Shown piece after piece: positions 30,097-41,168 of a stretch of DNA of 64,000 nucleotides. The DNA is from Amoebidium appalachense (lineage: Eukaryota > Protista > Ichthyosporea). Made by a program: the position numbers and the translations under genes. The notes beneath the pieces were generated by a model. It was not told the origin of the DNA, did not search any database, and worked only from the letters and a program-made list of their open reading frames with translations. Where the stretch lies: NCBI GenBank assembly GCA_963693365.1, contig CAVNZM010000012.1:3423617-3487616 (forward strand). Reading direction: 5' to 3'. Each line of letters opens with the position of its first letter. The stretch's first letter is position 1.

Positions 30097-30462
30097 CCAT
30101 TGGTCTGTTCTGAAACCAGGGCTCCGTTTATCCGCGAAATCGATTGGCTTGATCGTTTGATTGGATATTGTGGTCTGTGTGTAACTTTTTCGATTGGTTG
30201 ATAGTGTTAAACCATGTGATGAATAACGTCATTGCCGTCACGTGATCTGGGTGTTATCATGACTTTAACGATTTGAAATCCCATTCAATCAGCACATTTT
30301 AATTGGTGGGTTTCTGTGATTGGTAGGATTTGAGGTCCAGTCTGGTCGTTCCGATTGATTGGCCGGTTGTCATGTTAGCTGATAGCCACTGCCGTGTTTT
30401 GCCCAATAAAACAGCCGTGCGGTTTGCAAACGCTTCACAACATCCCCCACTCTATTCCCAAC

Positions 30463-32012
30463 ATGGAGGCACGAAACCAGTTCAACCTCTCTCTCACCCT
30501 GCGGGGTATGGAGTCTGCCATTGCTGGTTGCGTGCACAAGCAGTTGTTCGAGGCCTACAAGACAATACAAACAGAGCTTGTGGGGAGAAGCGATCGCCTA
30601 AGAGAGCTCCAAAAAGAAGTTGGGCATCTCCAGAGTAAACTGGCCCAAGAGTCTCAGCGCGCACAGTGCCTGCAGGCACAGCTAATTGCTGCACAACAGT
30701 CGGCCGCTGACGAGCGGCAGCAGCACCTGCGGGAAACCGAAAAGCTTCGTGTCACCATCAAGGAGTTCAAAGCACAACACAGCGACTGCGACGAGGTGTT
30801 AGGGACGAGCTGTTGGTCCGTCTGACGTCAAAGGAGCTCACGAAGGCACGTGAGTTGCTCCTGCAGATTGGCATAGACATGGATGCGCGGGACAGTGGGC
30901 CATTGACGGATTCCTCTTTGGAGCTTAGTGGAAAACGCCCGACCCCACCCGATACTCCGGAAACACCGTCGGTTGTTGACCAGCCTGCAAAACGCATCCG
31001 CGTTCAAGGCCTCGACACGGGTCGTCGTTCTCCGCAGCCGTACAGCGGCCCGGTCCCCTCGTCGACGGGGGATTCCGAGCTCACCCTGGCCACGTGGCAG
31101 CCGCCGCTTGAGCCTCAGTCGCCTGCGCGCACCGAGGACGACACTGAAGACATCGAGGACCAGAGATCTATCACACAGTCACCCTTTCGCGACACACGGG
31201 GTGTGGCCCGCAAATCCAAGAACGATACCGCGCACAAGTTTCTAACAAATATTCCCTTCTGGAAGCTGTACGGCCCCGACTTCAGTTCGTTCGTTACCAT
31301 GAGCTACAACTACTTTGACCGAGGCACTCCCCTCGGCAAGATCTACGAGAACTGCCGCGGGCATCGCAACGCCCCGGGCTGCTACCAGTACGCGTCGCGG
31401 GTTTTCGTGCTCGTAGGTTCCTATCTGCTGGCCACAGCCGACAAGACCACCCTCGACGACGTCTTTTTGGGCAAGAAGGACAGAAAGGAGATTCTCTATT
31501 GTCTGCGCACGTACGACCTACCGTCCCCTCTCGTGGAGTTTCTTAACAGGACCCACCGCAAGCAGATGCTCAGCCAGGGGAAGTGGCAGGAGGACGCGTT
31601 GGACGACAGGAGCGATGTTGTCCAGCGGGTAGACGTATCGGAAAAATACTTCAGGGATGGGATTGCACGCGCCATGACCGATTGCCTCTCAGTCCGGCCT
31701 CGGCTGAAGGACGCGGATCAAGAGTACGAGATCAAGGTGTCGCTTCGCATCGTCGAGGCTCTCCGGCTCGTCGAGTACGTGCTCAACAACACCGCGGACA
31801 CTTTTCGCAAAGGAACCTACAAGGTGGAGAATTGCAGCACACCCATGAGAAACGCGTCCGGCTTGTCGGTCTTCTACCGACCGATGAAAGAGGACAATGG
31901 CCCGGATCCGAGCTATGAAGTCGTCGAACACATAGACGTTGCTGCCATTGTGGGGGGTGAGATGCATCTCGATATACCAGACGCGGAGGCGCGGGCGAGA
32001 GCCCTAGACTGA
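30463..32012 (+). CDS. Hypothetical coiled-coil protein, probably one gene with a frameshift near 30800
   Basis: Overlapping ORFs 30394-30825 and 30813-32012, dense CCAAT cluster upstream. Confidence 0.6.
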
Positions 32013-32103
32013 GGCGCGACATGTAGAAGGGGGTGGTGCGAATGTAGAATCGTGTGTTATATGATATGGTGTAGCAAGCATGGGTTGGGGGCTAAGTGGG
32101 CGA

Positions 32104-32462
32104 CTGTCTGGCACAGCCAATGAAAATTTGACGGTCTCCCTCATGCGCTGTCTGGCACAGCCCATGAAAATTTGACGGTATCCATAATCAATTCGACGAC
32201 ATGAGCTGGCTGGCACAACCAATGAAATTTTGACGGTCTCCATAATTAATACGAGCGACATGAGCTGTCTGGCACAGCCAATGAAAATTTGACGGTATCC
32301 ATAATCAATTCGACGACATGAGCTGGCTGGCACAGCCAATGAAAATTTGACGGTCTCCATAATTAATATGAGCGACATGAGCTGTCTGGCACAGCCAATG
32401 AAAATTTGACGGTCTCCATAATCAATACGAGCGACATGAGCTGTCTGGCACAGCCCACTGAA
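32104..32462. repeat. ~58-59-bp tandem repeat, ~6.5 copies, alternating variants, CCAAT core
   Basis: CTG(T/G)CTGGCACAGCCAATGAAAATTTGACGGT(C/A)TCCATAAT(T/C)AAT...CGACATGAG. Confidence 0.95.
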
Positions 32463-32537
32463 ATTCTATATTCCTACATTTTTTTAAAAAAATTTATGCA
32501 ACCGTGAGAGGGTGCTATGTGTGGCTTTATTTGTTCA

Positions 32538-34068
32538 TCACTCGACGGCAGCAAAAAGCAGCAACAACGCCACCACGACCACGACACCCCAAAACGCCCC
32601 AGGATTGGCCCGTGCCCATGCCCCAAGGCCGCTGCGGACGTCTTTCGGGGGGGGCGGAGGTCTGGGCGGTCCCACCCGCGCCCGTGCTAGCCCCCGTACT
32701 TCCGGCCGCGCCCCCGGGCACGCCTCCGGGTGACGGCGCCCCGGGCACGCCCCCGCCCGCGCCTCCGGGTGACGGCACCCCGGGCACGGTGGAGTTGGAG
32801 CCTGGGGCGGGCAGCGGGGTGATGGTGGTTGCCCCGGACGGGTTGGAGTCGTTGGTCTTGATCGCGGTCTTGCCGGCCTCGTCCTTTCCGATTTGCATCA
32901 GACACTGCTGGACCTGCGTGGCCGCGATGCGCGAGTCAGAGTTATCGGATACCTCCATTGCCTGGTTGCACACCTGCACGTTGAGGTTGGTGCACGTCTC
33001 GCTCTCCATCTCACCGGTCTTGTACCCGCTGATCTTGCACAAGGAGTTGTGGCATTGGACCGTCCATCCGTACTTCTTGAGCGTTTCTATATCCACACCG
33101 GCCGGCATTGGCCAAAAGCACGCGCATGTCTTGTCGTCCAGCGCGGACTCCTTCTTGCAGAAAAACTGCGCGTACGCGTTGACGGCGTTCTCCTGGGTCT
33201 GTCCGTACCTGTAATCCTTACCGAACTTCTCCTGGTCGTGGATGTCCATGTCCTTCTCGTCCTTGTTGCGCGAGAAGTTGAGGATGTCGCGCAACCGGAG
33301 CGGCCGCACCGTGTCCCACTCCTGCGGGCGCTTGTAGTCGAACATGAACAGCAGGTACCGGTTATGCAGCCGCAGCAGGTCGATGTAGCGCAGGTGGTGG
33401 TCGTTGCCGGACGACACGCTTCCCTTGTATATGACCCGCCCCCCTCGCTGCTCGAGCGTCACCAGGTGGCGGTGCGGCGCACGGATCCAATAGTCAGCCG
33501 ACCAGTACTTCTGGTAGTCCGCCCACTGGCGGTCCATCTTCTCGTTCGCCCAGCCCGGTGCGCAGAGCTTGCTGCCCGGGTTGTACGTTGTAAAAGCGGG
33601 CTGGTTGCTGACGGCCACATAGTCGCTTGGACAGTTGAGCACCTTAAGCCGCGAACCGCCCTGGCGCGACTTCTGCGCACATCCCACGGCCTGTGCGTCC
33701 TCCTGTAGGTCGCCGTTGGACGGTACGTAGCAGAAGCGCGGGTCGTCGTAGATCAGGCACACCTGGTCGTCGTCCCGTACCGGGAATCCAGGCTCCCCGT
33801 GTGCCCGCATGCAGTCACTAGGGTACTCCGCAAGCGAGCATGATGCCCAGGCAATAAAGGACACAGGCTTGTATTTGGGAAACGACGGATGGGGCAGCGG
33901 GAACTGCACACGAAGCCCTGGCATCTGCTTGGAGTGGTGGGCCCCCTGGTTCTCGAACTGCCATTCCCACTGGTGTCTCTTGTACTCGGCCCATTGTACG
34001 AACTTCCAGGGGTAGTCCGGGTTCTCCTGCAGCCGCTCGATGTCGTCCTTGGTCCACTCGATACTCAT
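32538..34068 (-). CDS. Poxvirus A16/G9/J5-like entry-fusion family protein with C-terminal TM (frameshift at the G8 run)
   Basis: FCK...TCACF...QCHNSLCKISGY...TCTNLNVQVCNQ...VQQC cysteine pattern. The alternative frame gives AFWGVVVVVALLLLFAAVE*. Confidence 0.7.
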
Positions 34069-34790
34069 GTGTTACCTACCGGGTTTAAATTTGCGCGCGC
34101 GGCCTGTAGCGCCAACATCCCCGTGCCAACCAGCCCACCCACCACCCCACCGGCGAGTGGGCTCACCACGAAGACCCACAGGTGTGCACCCTCCTCCGCC
34201 GCGACTGCAGCTGCTATGCTGCGCGCAGGGTTGATGGAGCAGCCGGTGAACGGGATCAGCAACATGTGCATGAGGAACACCACGGCGCCAATGGCGAGCG
34301 GCGCTATTACCGGCGCAATGTCCACGAGCTCGGGGTGCTTGCATGCAACGGTCACCGAAAGCACCAGTACGGCGGTCGCGAGCAGCTCAAGCGCAACGGC
34401 CTCTGCCTCGGTTCCCGCGTACACCCCGTTGACCCCGAACCCCCCGTGGTAGGCGGACGGGACCACCGCCTTGAGCAGTCCGACACCCACGATGCCGCCC
34501 ACCACCTGGGCGGGTACGTACAGCGCCAGTAGCGCGGGGTGCAGCCAGCCGCCGGCGACGAGGCCAAGTGGGTTGAGATGTCCCCCAGACACGGGTGCAC
34601 ACACGGCTACCATCGCTCCCACCACGCCGCCAAAGCCCGCGGCCACGGCCAGCAGGTCGGCGGCGCCCGTTGCTCCGTGGGTCGCCACGCCCGTAGCCAT
34701 TGCGATGCCAATGGCCGTGAAGGTCAGCACCGCGGTGCCGAGCATCTCCGCCAGGAAACTCGCGCCGTGTCGGATCACGAAGGGCAGCAT
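34065..34790 (-). CDS. Aquaporin (MIP family)
   Basis: AEMLGT, SGGHLNPL, GCSINPARS and multiple hydrophobic helices. Confidence 0.95.
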   Translation of the reverse strand: MLPFVIRHGASFLAEMLGTAVLTFTAIGIAMATGVATHGATGAADLLAVAAGFGGVVGAMVAVCAPVSGGHLNPLGLVAGGWLHPALLALYVPAQVVGGIVGVGLLKAVVPSAYHGGFGVNGVYAGTEAEAVALELLATAVLVLSVTVACKHPELVDIAPVIAPLAIGAVVFLMHMLLIPFTGCSINPARSIAAAVAAEEGAHLWVFVVSPLAGGVVGGLVGTGMLALQAARANLNPVGNT

Positions 34791-34892
34791 TGAGAGCAGC
34801 GGAGATTTTTAATTTCGGAAGGCGCGGTTGTGTGCGCACTACAGATAGGCGCACAGGGGCTCGATGGCGCTTCCGACGTGCACGGCTTGTGT

Positions 34893-35720
34893 TTATTTGT
34901 GGCGTGTCGGGTTGGCGCTGGCGACGGTGCGTTCGACGAGCATCGCGAGGCTCGTGTGAGGCGGGAACAGGTGGATGAGCTCGGTGGCGGTCTCGCTAGC
35001 GCTGTAGGGCTCGCGCAGCAGCACGACAGAGTCGTGCCCCCTAGCGCGTGCGGCGTCGATCAGGTCAAAGTCGTAGTAGTCGAAGTAGGCCGTGCCGACC
35101 ACGGCGCTGTAGTGCGCGCCGCTACGCATGAGCTCCGCCAGCCGGTCGACCTCGGTCATGAAGGCGCGGCGGTTCTGTGTCTTGGCAAGCACCTGCGAGA
35201 AGAGGTACCTGTCCCCGGGGTGTGTGGAGCCCGACTTGAGCCGCTGCCTGAAGTCCCAGCCGAGCAGCAGTAGCGCGTGTAGCTTGGTCGTGGCCACCAG
35301 GGGGTTCTCGAGCTTGAGGTACAGCGCGGTCGTCTCGGGCGCGGCGTAGTAGAACGTGTATGTCGGGGCGCGAGGATGCGGGCGAGCGTCTGCCGCGCGG
35401 CCGAACCGTAGGACCTCGACGTATCCGCCGGCAAAGGACTCGAGGCGTGGGAACGGCCGTGCCGTGCACGCGTTGCCCGGCTCGCGGTACAGCTTGTCCC
35501 TGTTGCAGGCTGCGGGCCTCCTGCGCAGGAAGAAGTAGGCGTTTCGCGCGCGCAAATCGAACGGACACCCATCGGTCTTGTGCACGAGCTTGGCGTAGCG
35601 CGGGTTGCACCTCGCCGATCGAAGTGACGTGTAGTCGAACAGCTTTTTGGACCGGCCGCGTCGGAACAGGTGTGTGTATTGGTCAATCGGTGCGCGGGGG
35701 CGCGGGGGCTTCTCGCTCAT
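34893..35720 (-). CDS. Hypothetical basic protein
   Basis: 275 aa GC3-biased ORF. LYLKLENPLV...ARARGHDSVVL loosely recalls ART/PolyVal-like folds. Confidence 0.65.
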   Translation of the reverse strand: MSEKPPRPRAPIDQYTHLFRRGRSKKLFDYTSLRSARCNPRYAKLVHKTDGCPFDLRARNAYFFLRRRPAACNRDKLYREPGNACTARPFPRLESFAGGYVEVLRFGRAADARPHPRAPTYTFYYAAPETTALYLKLENPLVATTKLHALLLLGWDFRQRLKSGSTHPGDRYLFSQVLAKTQNRRAFMTEVDRLAELMRSGAHYSAVVGTAYFDYYDFDLIDAARARGHDSVVLLREPYSASETATELIHLFPPHTSLAMLVERTVASANPTRHK

Positions 35721-35974
35721 TGTGGTTGGGTGGACCTTTTATCGGAATCCGGGGCACGTGTGGCCGCTTTGGCGCTGCGGGACTTGAAGATCTCCTCGTA
35801 CATGCGCTCCATGGCCGTTCGCGGGGTCTCTTCGGTCACGTCGCGGCCGTTCAGCTGCAGGTACGTCACGAGCTGGCCGGTCGACAGGTGGTCCGCGAGG
35901 CCAGCGCGTGGTCGTTTGTGTCGGGGGTGCCTGGCCGGTAAGAGTTGGGGCTTCTGGCTCTTCTGCTTCGGCAT
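35717..35974 (-). CDS. Small basic protein with HeH/LEM-like motif
   Basis: DHLSTGQLVTYLQLNGRDVTEETPRTAMERMY. Start uncertain. Confidence 0.5.
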   Translation of the reverse strand: MPKQKSQKPQLLPARHPRHKRPRAGLADHLSTGQLVTYLQLNGRDVTEETPRTAMERMYEEIFKSRSAKAATRAPDSDKRSTQPQ

Positions 35975-35994
35975 CTACGGGGGGCGCACATTTC

Positions 35995-36378
35995 TCATTC
36001 CAGCACACGCTTGGGCTGTGTGAGCACCAGCGCCTCGCGCGGGCCGCCGGCGGTCTTGCCGCCCTTGACGTACCAGCCGTCGACCTTGTACGCGTCGCAG
36101 ATCTTCTGGGCGCGCAGCTGCTGCGCGGGCGTCAGGCGCGGGCGCCGCGCGAGGGCAACGAGGAACTGCTTCTCCGGAGTTGGCTGGCCCAGGTCGGGCA
36201 GCAGCAGCACCAGGTCCGTCTTCACCGTGTACTGCACGGCATGCACGCGACGGCGGCCCAGGTGGCGGCCGTTGCTCAGTATGCGCGCGCCCTTCTTCAC
36301 GGCGAGCGTCACGTGGCCGTCGTGGTGGCGCGCGTGGCACATTTTGCGGTCGAGACACAATCCGCTTGTGGCAGCCAT
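35995..36378 (-). CDS. Hypothetical basic protein
   Basis: GC3-biased ATG ORF. Confidence 0.6.
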   Translation of the reverse strand: MAATSGLCLDRKMCHARHHDGHVTLAVKKGARILSNGRHLGRRRVHAVQYTVKTDLVLLLPDLGQPTPEKQFLVALARRPRLTPAQQLRAQKICDAYKVDGWYVKGGKTAGGPREALVLTQPKRVLE

Positions 36379-36395
36379 CTAGGTGTGCGTGCGAT

Positions 36396-36539
36396 TTAAG
36401 CGTACAGATGGTTCAGGTCGTTGAGAATGTGCATGACCGAGGCGACCAGCACGAGCGCTGCGGCCAGCAGGCGCACGTAGCGCAGCTTCCATTCGAAGTT
36501 CCATGCCTCGGGGAGAATGCGGAGGCCGGCAAGTTCCAT
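36396..36539 (-). CDS. 47-aa membrane peptide (not in the ORF track)
   Basis: MELAGLRILPEAWNFEWKLRYVRLLAAALVLVASVMHILNDLNHLYA*. Confidence 0.4.
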   Translation of the reverse strand: MELAGLRILPEAWNFEWKLRYVRLLAAALVLVASVMHILNDLNHLYA

Positions 36540-37102
36540 TGCGGTGGGGGACATAAGAGCTGGGGGGCAGTGTCGCAGCTAGTGAAAGGCTCGTGTCGGA
36601 CACCGGCATTTAGTCCCCCGCAGGTTCCTAGACGACCACCCGAATCCGGGATATTAAACGTTTAATATTCACATAAAACCAAGGATTGGACTGCGTTTTT
36701 TTTTTGACACCCATGGGTGTCAAGAATCTCTGTTCTGATTGGTCGGTAGGTAAAGGTGTTTTTATAATTTCGCTGCCTTGACATGGACTACAATCGCGAG
36801 CTGGCACACAAGGTGTTCCACGACGCGGCCGCGCTGCTGTGGCGTAACACGATGACGTCACCCAGTCGTGACGCAATCATGAGGTGTTGCGTCATCAGCG
36901 AATGAACACAAACTGCTACAATGATTTTGGCAACCTTGTTTTTCTTTGTCGATATATGGTCAATTGATAGCTGTTCGATTTGTGTCTAGAGCTGTGGTTG
37001 TAAAAGACAACAACAACAAACCACTGCAAGTGTCACAAAGGGCACACTTATTCTTGTTATCTGGATGATGTCCTCCTACCAACACTGCCCAACGCGCCGA
37101 TT

Positions 37103-38260
37103 GTGGAGGCTGTCCCGATGGCTCTTCCTTCTCCTCCAACTTCTCTGACCATCACCCTGGGTGCCAAGGCGGCCCTCCTCGGCGAGTTTGCCAAGTTCTG
37201 GGACTTGAACGGTGACATCGATGAGCTTGCCATCCATGAGGAGCTGAGTGGGGCTCGCGTACAGGCGCTACTGTTCAACATGAGCGAAAGACATGGTAGG
37301 CAGCAACTGAAAGTTCTTGCGACAAAGCTGGACCTTGTAGAGAAGATCGACTTCAGCATCCAAACCATCAGGTATGGGCGGTTTGTGTCTGACTTCATTC
37401 CATTAAAACCGAGCTGTCCAATCAAAAACTAGCCGGTGGCCACCGACAAGCTTTTTATTGGATGTTCCCGGTCGTTTGAGTGCTGACCTCAAATTAACAG
37501 GAATAAGTACAAGGACATCGACGAGCTTTTCTTCACCCCTCACGCATTCAAAACAATGCTGATGGCCGTTCTCACGCCTATCGGCAAGGAGGTTCGGAGA
37601 TACTATCGCCTTATCGAGCAGGCGTTCAAGATCCTGCACCGCGAGAACCGCGTGCAGGCCCAGGCCGCGCTCGTCGAGGCCACCGCGCGCGCGCAAGAGA
37701 ACGAGGCCCGTGCCGCCGCGCTGTCCGCGAGCCTTTTGAAGATCGAGACGTGGTACACCGAAACCGCCGAGCTGCTGGACACAGCCAACGAGCGCCTGGA
37801 GATGTACGAGTGCGACACCGACCATCCCCAGCGCATCGTGTCCCTGCCACCCGGAACGTCCCCGAACACGCACTGTCTGGACACGGACTACGGCCGCGAG
37901 CTCGCGCGCAAGGTGTTCCACGACGCCGCCGTGCTTCTGTGGCGCAACCACCAGGACTTCGAGCACCGCTTCGATCCGGCCTACTGGAACAGTCTCGTCA
38001 ACTGGCACCTGACCGTGGACCCCGCACAGTCCGTGTACCGCTCTCACATCAACGTGTACACGGCACTGTGCAAGGCCGCCTACACGCTGCACGGCGTGCC
38101 CAAGGTGACCAACCTCACCTACAACCAGCTCTACGACGTGCTGCGCCGCCTGGCCCGTGTGCTCGGTAGCTGCCTGGTGCAACAGGCCGAGCTCGAGATG
38201 GTCTTCGGCGACCAGCTCGACAGGCACACACAGACCACATTGGACACGTTTATGGCTTGA
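37103..38260 (+). CDS. MSV199/antirepressor-like DNA-binding protein with coiled coil (frameshifted near 37400-37550)
   Basis: LVEKIDF...GGH...FTPHAFKTMLMAVLTPIGKEVRRYYRLIEQ, typical of an NCLDV multigene family. Confidence 0.6.
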
Positions 38261-38313
38261 TTTTCATATGTGTCTGGGACTCAGAAATGGTTGGTGTATT
38301 TGTTTAATTTCCG

Positions 38314-39174
38314 TTACAACCCGCCCGCCTCCAGGGCAGCGGCGATGGACACCGCGGTCCCAATAAACACCTCCCTACCAAACAGTCTGTACGTACGCCG
38401 TGTCACTATCCCTACCACGCACCCCCTCAGGTCCACCAGCGGCCCGCCCGAGTTGCCGCGGTCCACAGCGCCGCTGAACACCAGGTGCTCGCGCACATCC
38501 CCGCGCCGCTGCGGCTCACGGTCGACCGCCAGCAGCTTGCCGACCGTGAACTGCACGCCCTCGTGTCCCGCGGGGAGCCCGATGGCCACCACGGTCATGT
38601 CCGGGTCCGTGGGAGTCGCGTAGTAGCGGCACAGTCGGTCGTCGGCCGCCGCGTGGGTGTAGGGCGCGTGGAGCACCGTGAAGTCGTACCGACCGCTCGT
38701 GTACCGCACCGTCGCGTTCGCCACCGTGCCGTCCGCAAACTCCACCGCCAGGGCCCACGGGTGCCGCGTGGGCGGGCCGTGGCTGCAGGTGAGCACGAAC
38801 ACCCCGCGGCCGCTGCCGTCCGGCACGTACACGCCCGAGGTCCACCCGGACGGCGTGGACGAGTGCGCCACGCGCACGATGTGGTTGCGCGCCACGTGTG
38901 CAACCGGGGGATATCTGTCGACGTGTGCGATGCCCTCGTACCGGAACACAAGGTCCTCCCCACCGGTCGCTCCCCAATAGCGCCTCAGCAGCCTCCCCGG
39001 AGGGACTTCGATCTGCCCGGAGGCCGGCTGGGGCACGACGTGCTCAAACACCGGGGCCCACGCCGTGCGTGCTTGTGCCTCGCCGGCATCCAGGGCACGT
39101 GTGTTGGCAACTACACCGACAGCCAACAGACTCAATGCCCGAACGATGCGCATCATGACGACGCTGATATGCAC
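38314..39174 (-). CDS. Secreted trypsin-like (HtrA-type) serine protease
   Basis: Signal peptide; catalytic triad VLTCSH, RYDF, RGNSGGPL. Confidence 0.9.
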   Translation of the reverse strand: MHISVVMMRIVRALSLLAVGVVANTRALDAGEAQARTAWAPVFEHVVPQPASGQIEVPPGRLLRRYWGATGGEDLVFRYEGIAHVDRYPPVAHVARNHIVRVAHSSTPSGWTSGVYVPDGSGRGVFVLTCSHGPPTRHPWALAVEFADGTVANATVRYTSGRYDFTVLHAPYTHAAADDRLCRYYATPTDPDMTVVAIGLPAGHEGVQFTVGKLLAVDREPQRRGDVREHLVFSGAVDRGNSGGPLVDLRGCVVGIVTRRTYRLFGREVFIGTAVSIAAALEAGGL

Positions 39175-39356
39175 ATGTGAAGGTCGAGATGGTTTGGGCG
39201 TGACTATATAGATTGCAGCGCGTACGCGATGGGTGGGTGGCTTTCATTGGATGTGGTTAGACTAGCCGACCAATCACACCCCCCCCCGCCCACGACTCGA
39301 CCCGAATCGACTATCCGAACCCCCGAACACCCCGACCCGACCCGACAGTCGGATGC

Positions 39357-40424
39357 TCAGAGCGTGTCGTCCTTGTCGGTCTTTGTGTTGAGCACGTCCA
39401 CAAGCCGCCGCTTGCGCGCGAGCATGCGCCGCCGCGTCTCGTCGTCCACGTACGCCTCGTCGTCCGACGTGTCCACGTCCTCCCCGCACGCGCGGCGGGA
39501 CTCCTTCTCGGTCACGTACGCGCCGTACAGGTTGGTCAGCACGCGGTCGCCCTTGTTGACGGGGTGCGGCAGGCCGGCCACCAGGTCCGGGAGGCGCGGC
39601 GTGCACTTCTGCACGCGCACGCGCACGTACTGCACGCGCAGCATCTCGTAGCGCGCAAGCAGTGTCTCGTGGTCGTCCTTGAGCTTGTTGAACTGGACCT
39701 CCTTCTGTTGGAGCGCAGCGATGCGCGCGTTCAGATTGCGGATGTGCTCGATGTAGCGCTCGCACTCTGGGTTGGACTTCTTGAACCCCGCGACCTGCTC
39801 CTTAAGCAGCTCGTTCTCGCGCTTGGCTGCTTCCAGCTTCGCCTTGTCCTCCGTTGACTTGCTCAGCTCGTCGTACTTGGCGCGCAGGCCGATAAGCTCC
39901 TTGTTGTTGGTCGCTGCCTGTTCGATTGTCTCACGGAACTCGCGCAGCTCGAACATGACCGATCGGGCCGTGGTGTCGTCCAGGCCGGCCGCCACGAGCA
40001 TCGTGTGGTCGCCCAGGCCTTGTAGGATACGGACTAGTACGTGTGATATCTTGCGTGCCATGGCGCCCTTGTCCATGCCGCTCGCCAGCCCCCGTTTAGT
40101 GATTCCAGATACATCGACAAGGATTTCGAATTGCCGGAGCGTTGTCTTCTCGACATCTGATGTGTCGGGTAGATTGGCTTCCAGTTTCAGCGTGGCCGTT
40201 GAATGGTCGTCGCTCTCACTATCGCGAATCAGTTCGGATATCTTCGGGGGGAGTTTTTGCATGATGTCTTGGATCGCGCGGTTGTAGATGCCCATTACGA
40301 TCTCGGTCCTGCTTGTCACCTTCTGCATCTTCTCCACCAGCTGGTTGATGTCGACTATGCCATTTTTCCGGATGTCCGCAAAGAAGTCCACGAGAGTCCG
40401 GTCAACGGTAAAAGGCGCCGCCAT
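39357..40424 (-). CDS. Coiled-coil hypothetical protein
   Basis: 355 aa with a long heptad region. Confidence 0.75.
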   Translation of the reverse strand: MAAPFTVDRTLVDFFADIRKNGIVDINQLVEKMQKVTSRTEIVMGIYNRAIQDIMQKLPPKISELIRDSESDDHSTATLKLEANLPDTSDVEKTTLRQFEILVDVSGITKRGLASGMDKGAMARKISHVLVRILQGLGDHTMLVAAGLDDTTARSVMFELREFRETIEQAATNNKELIGLRAKYDELSKSTEDKAKLEAAKRENELLKEQVAGFKKSNPECERYIEHIRNLNARIAALQQKEVQFNKLKDDHETLLARYEMLRVQYVRVRVQKCTPRLPDLVAGLPHPVNKGDRVLTNLYGAYVTEKESRRACGEDVDTSDDEAYVDDETRRRMLARKRRLVDVLNTKTDKDDTL

Positions 40425-40505
40425 CAGTTAGCACTTACAAACATAATCACACGGTCCCGTGCGCGCAGCGCAATTTTGTCGCCTTAAAACGAGGTTACGT
40501 CCCAT

Positions 40506-40733
40506 ATGGGCGTCGGCAATGAGATCATTGTCTTTGTCCTCTGGATCGTGGCGGTCGCCGCGCTGGCTTCGTTTATACGCTTTTACAAAGCCATGGAGAG
40601 CGAGAAGTGCGTCGAGCCGGTCGTGAAGACCGAGTTCCGCGTCTGGTACAACGCCTCCTTGTACGTGTGTGGCGGAGTTTTCTTCCTGTATCTGGGCCGT
40701 ATGGCCTACATTCTGAACCACAACGCCGACTAG
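40506..40733 (+). CDS. Small two-TM protein
   Basis: Two hydrophobic segments. Confidence 0.65.
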   Translation: MGVGNEIIVFVLWIVAVAALASFIRFYKAMESEKCVEPVVKTEFRVWYNASLYVCGGVFFLYLGRMAYILNHNAD

Positions 40734-40772
40734 AAAAGCAGGCGTCTGTTTTGTTTCGCGCCATTTATTAGC

Positions 40773-41168
40773 ATGGGCGCCGCCACATCGCAACCGGTCG
40801 TGTGCCTCCCCGCTCACACCTACTTCGTGACGACCGACGCGGACCCGTCGCTCGTTCTTGTGACGAGGCGGCTTGCCGGAACCCTCACCGTCGACTGCAC
40901 CCGTGTCGTCGTGTGGGCAACCACGCGCCCACTCTACCTACTGCCGACCACGCACCTGCGCAACATCCACCCCGACAAGTTTTCCACGGTCGCCGTTCAG
41001 CACGGCTGCGACGCACTCATTGCCGAGCGCCTTGTCCTCGGCGCGGACCCCGAATCCCTCGACCTCGTCCAGCTGGCCGAACTATCCCCCAGGGACTTTC
41101 GCTTGTACCGCCGCGCGTTTCTTCGCGAAACCGTGACCACAGACATCAACCGGGCCCAAGCGTGCTAG
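40773..41168 (+). CDS. Hypothetical protein, possibly N-myristoylated
   Basis: MGAATS fits MGxxxS. Confidence 0.6.
   Translation: MGAATSQPVVCLPAHTYFVTTDADPSLVLVTRRLAGTLTVDCTRVVVWATTRPLYLLPTTHLRNIHPDKFSTVAVQHGCDALIAERLVLGADPESLDLVQLAELSPRDFRLYRRAFLRETVTTDINRAQAC

Noticed and set aside
32104-32462. Repeat-spacer array
   Set aside because: The variable parts are recurring variants of the same sequence, not unique spacers.
36783-37950. DGR template/variable repeat pair
   Set aside because: The mismatches are not adenine-specific, many are synonymous, and no reverse transcriptase is present in the window.
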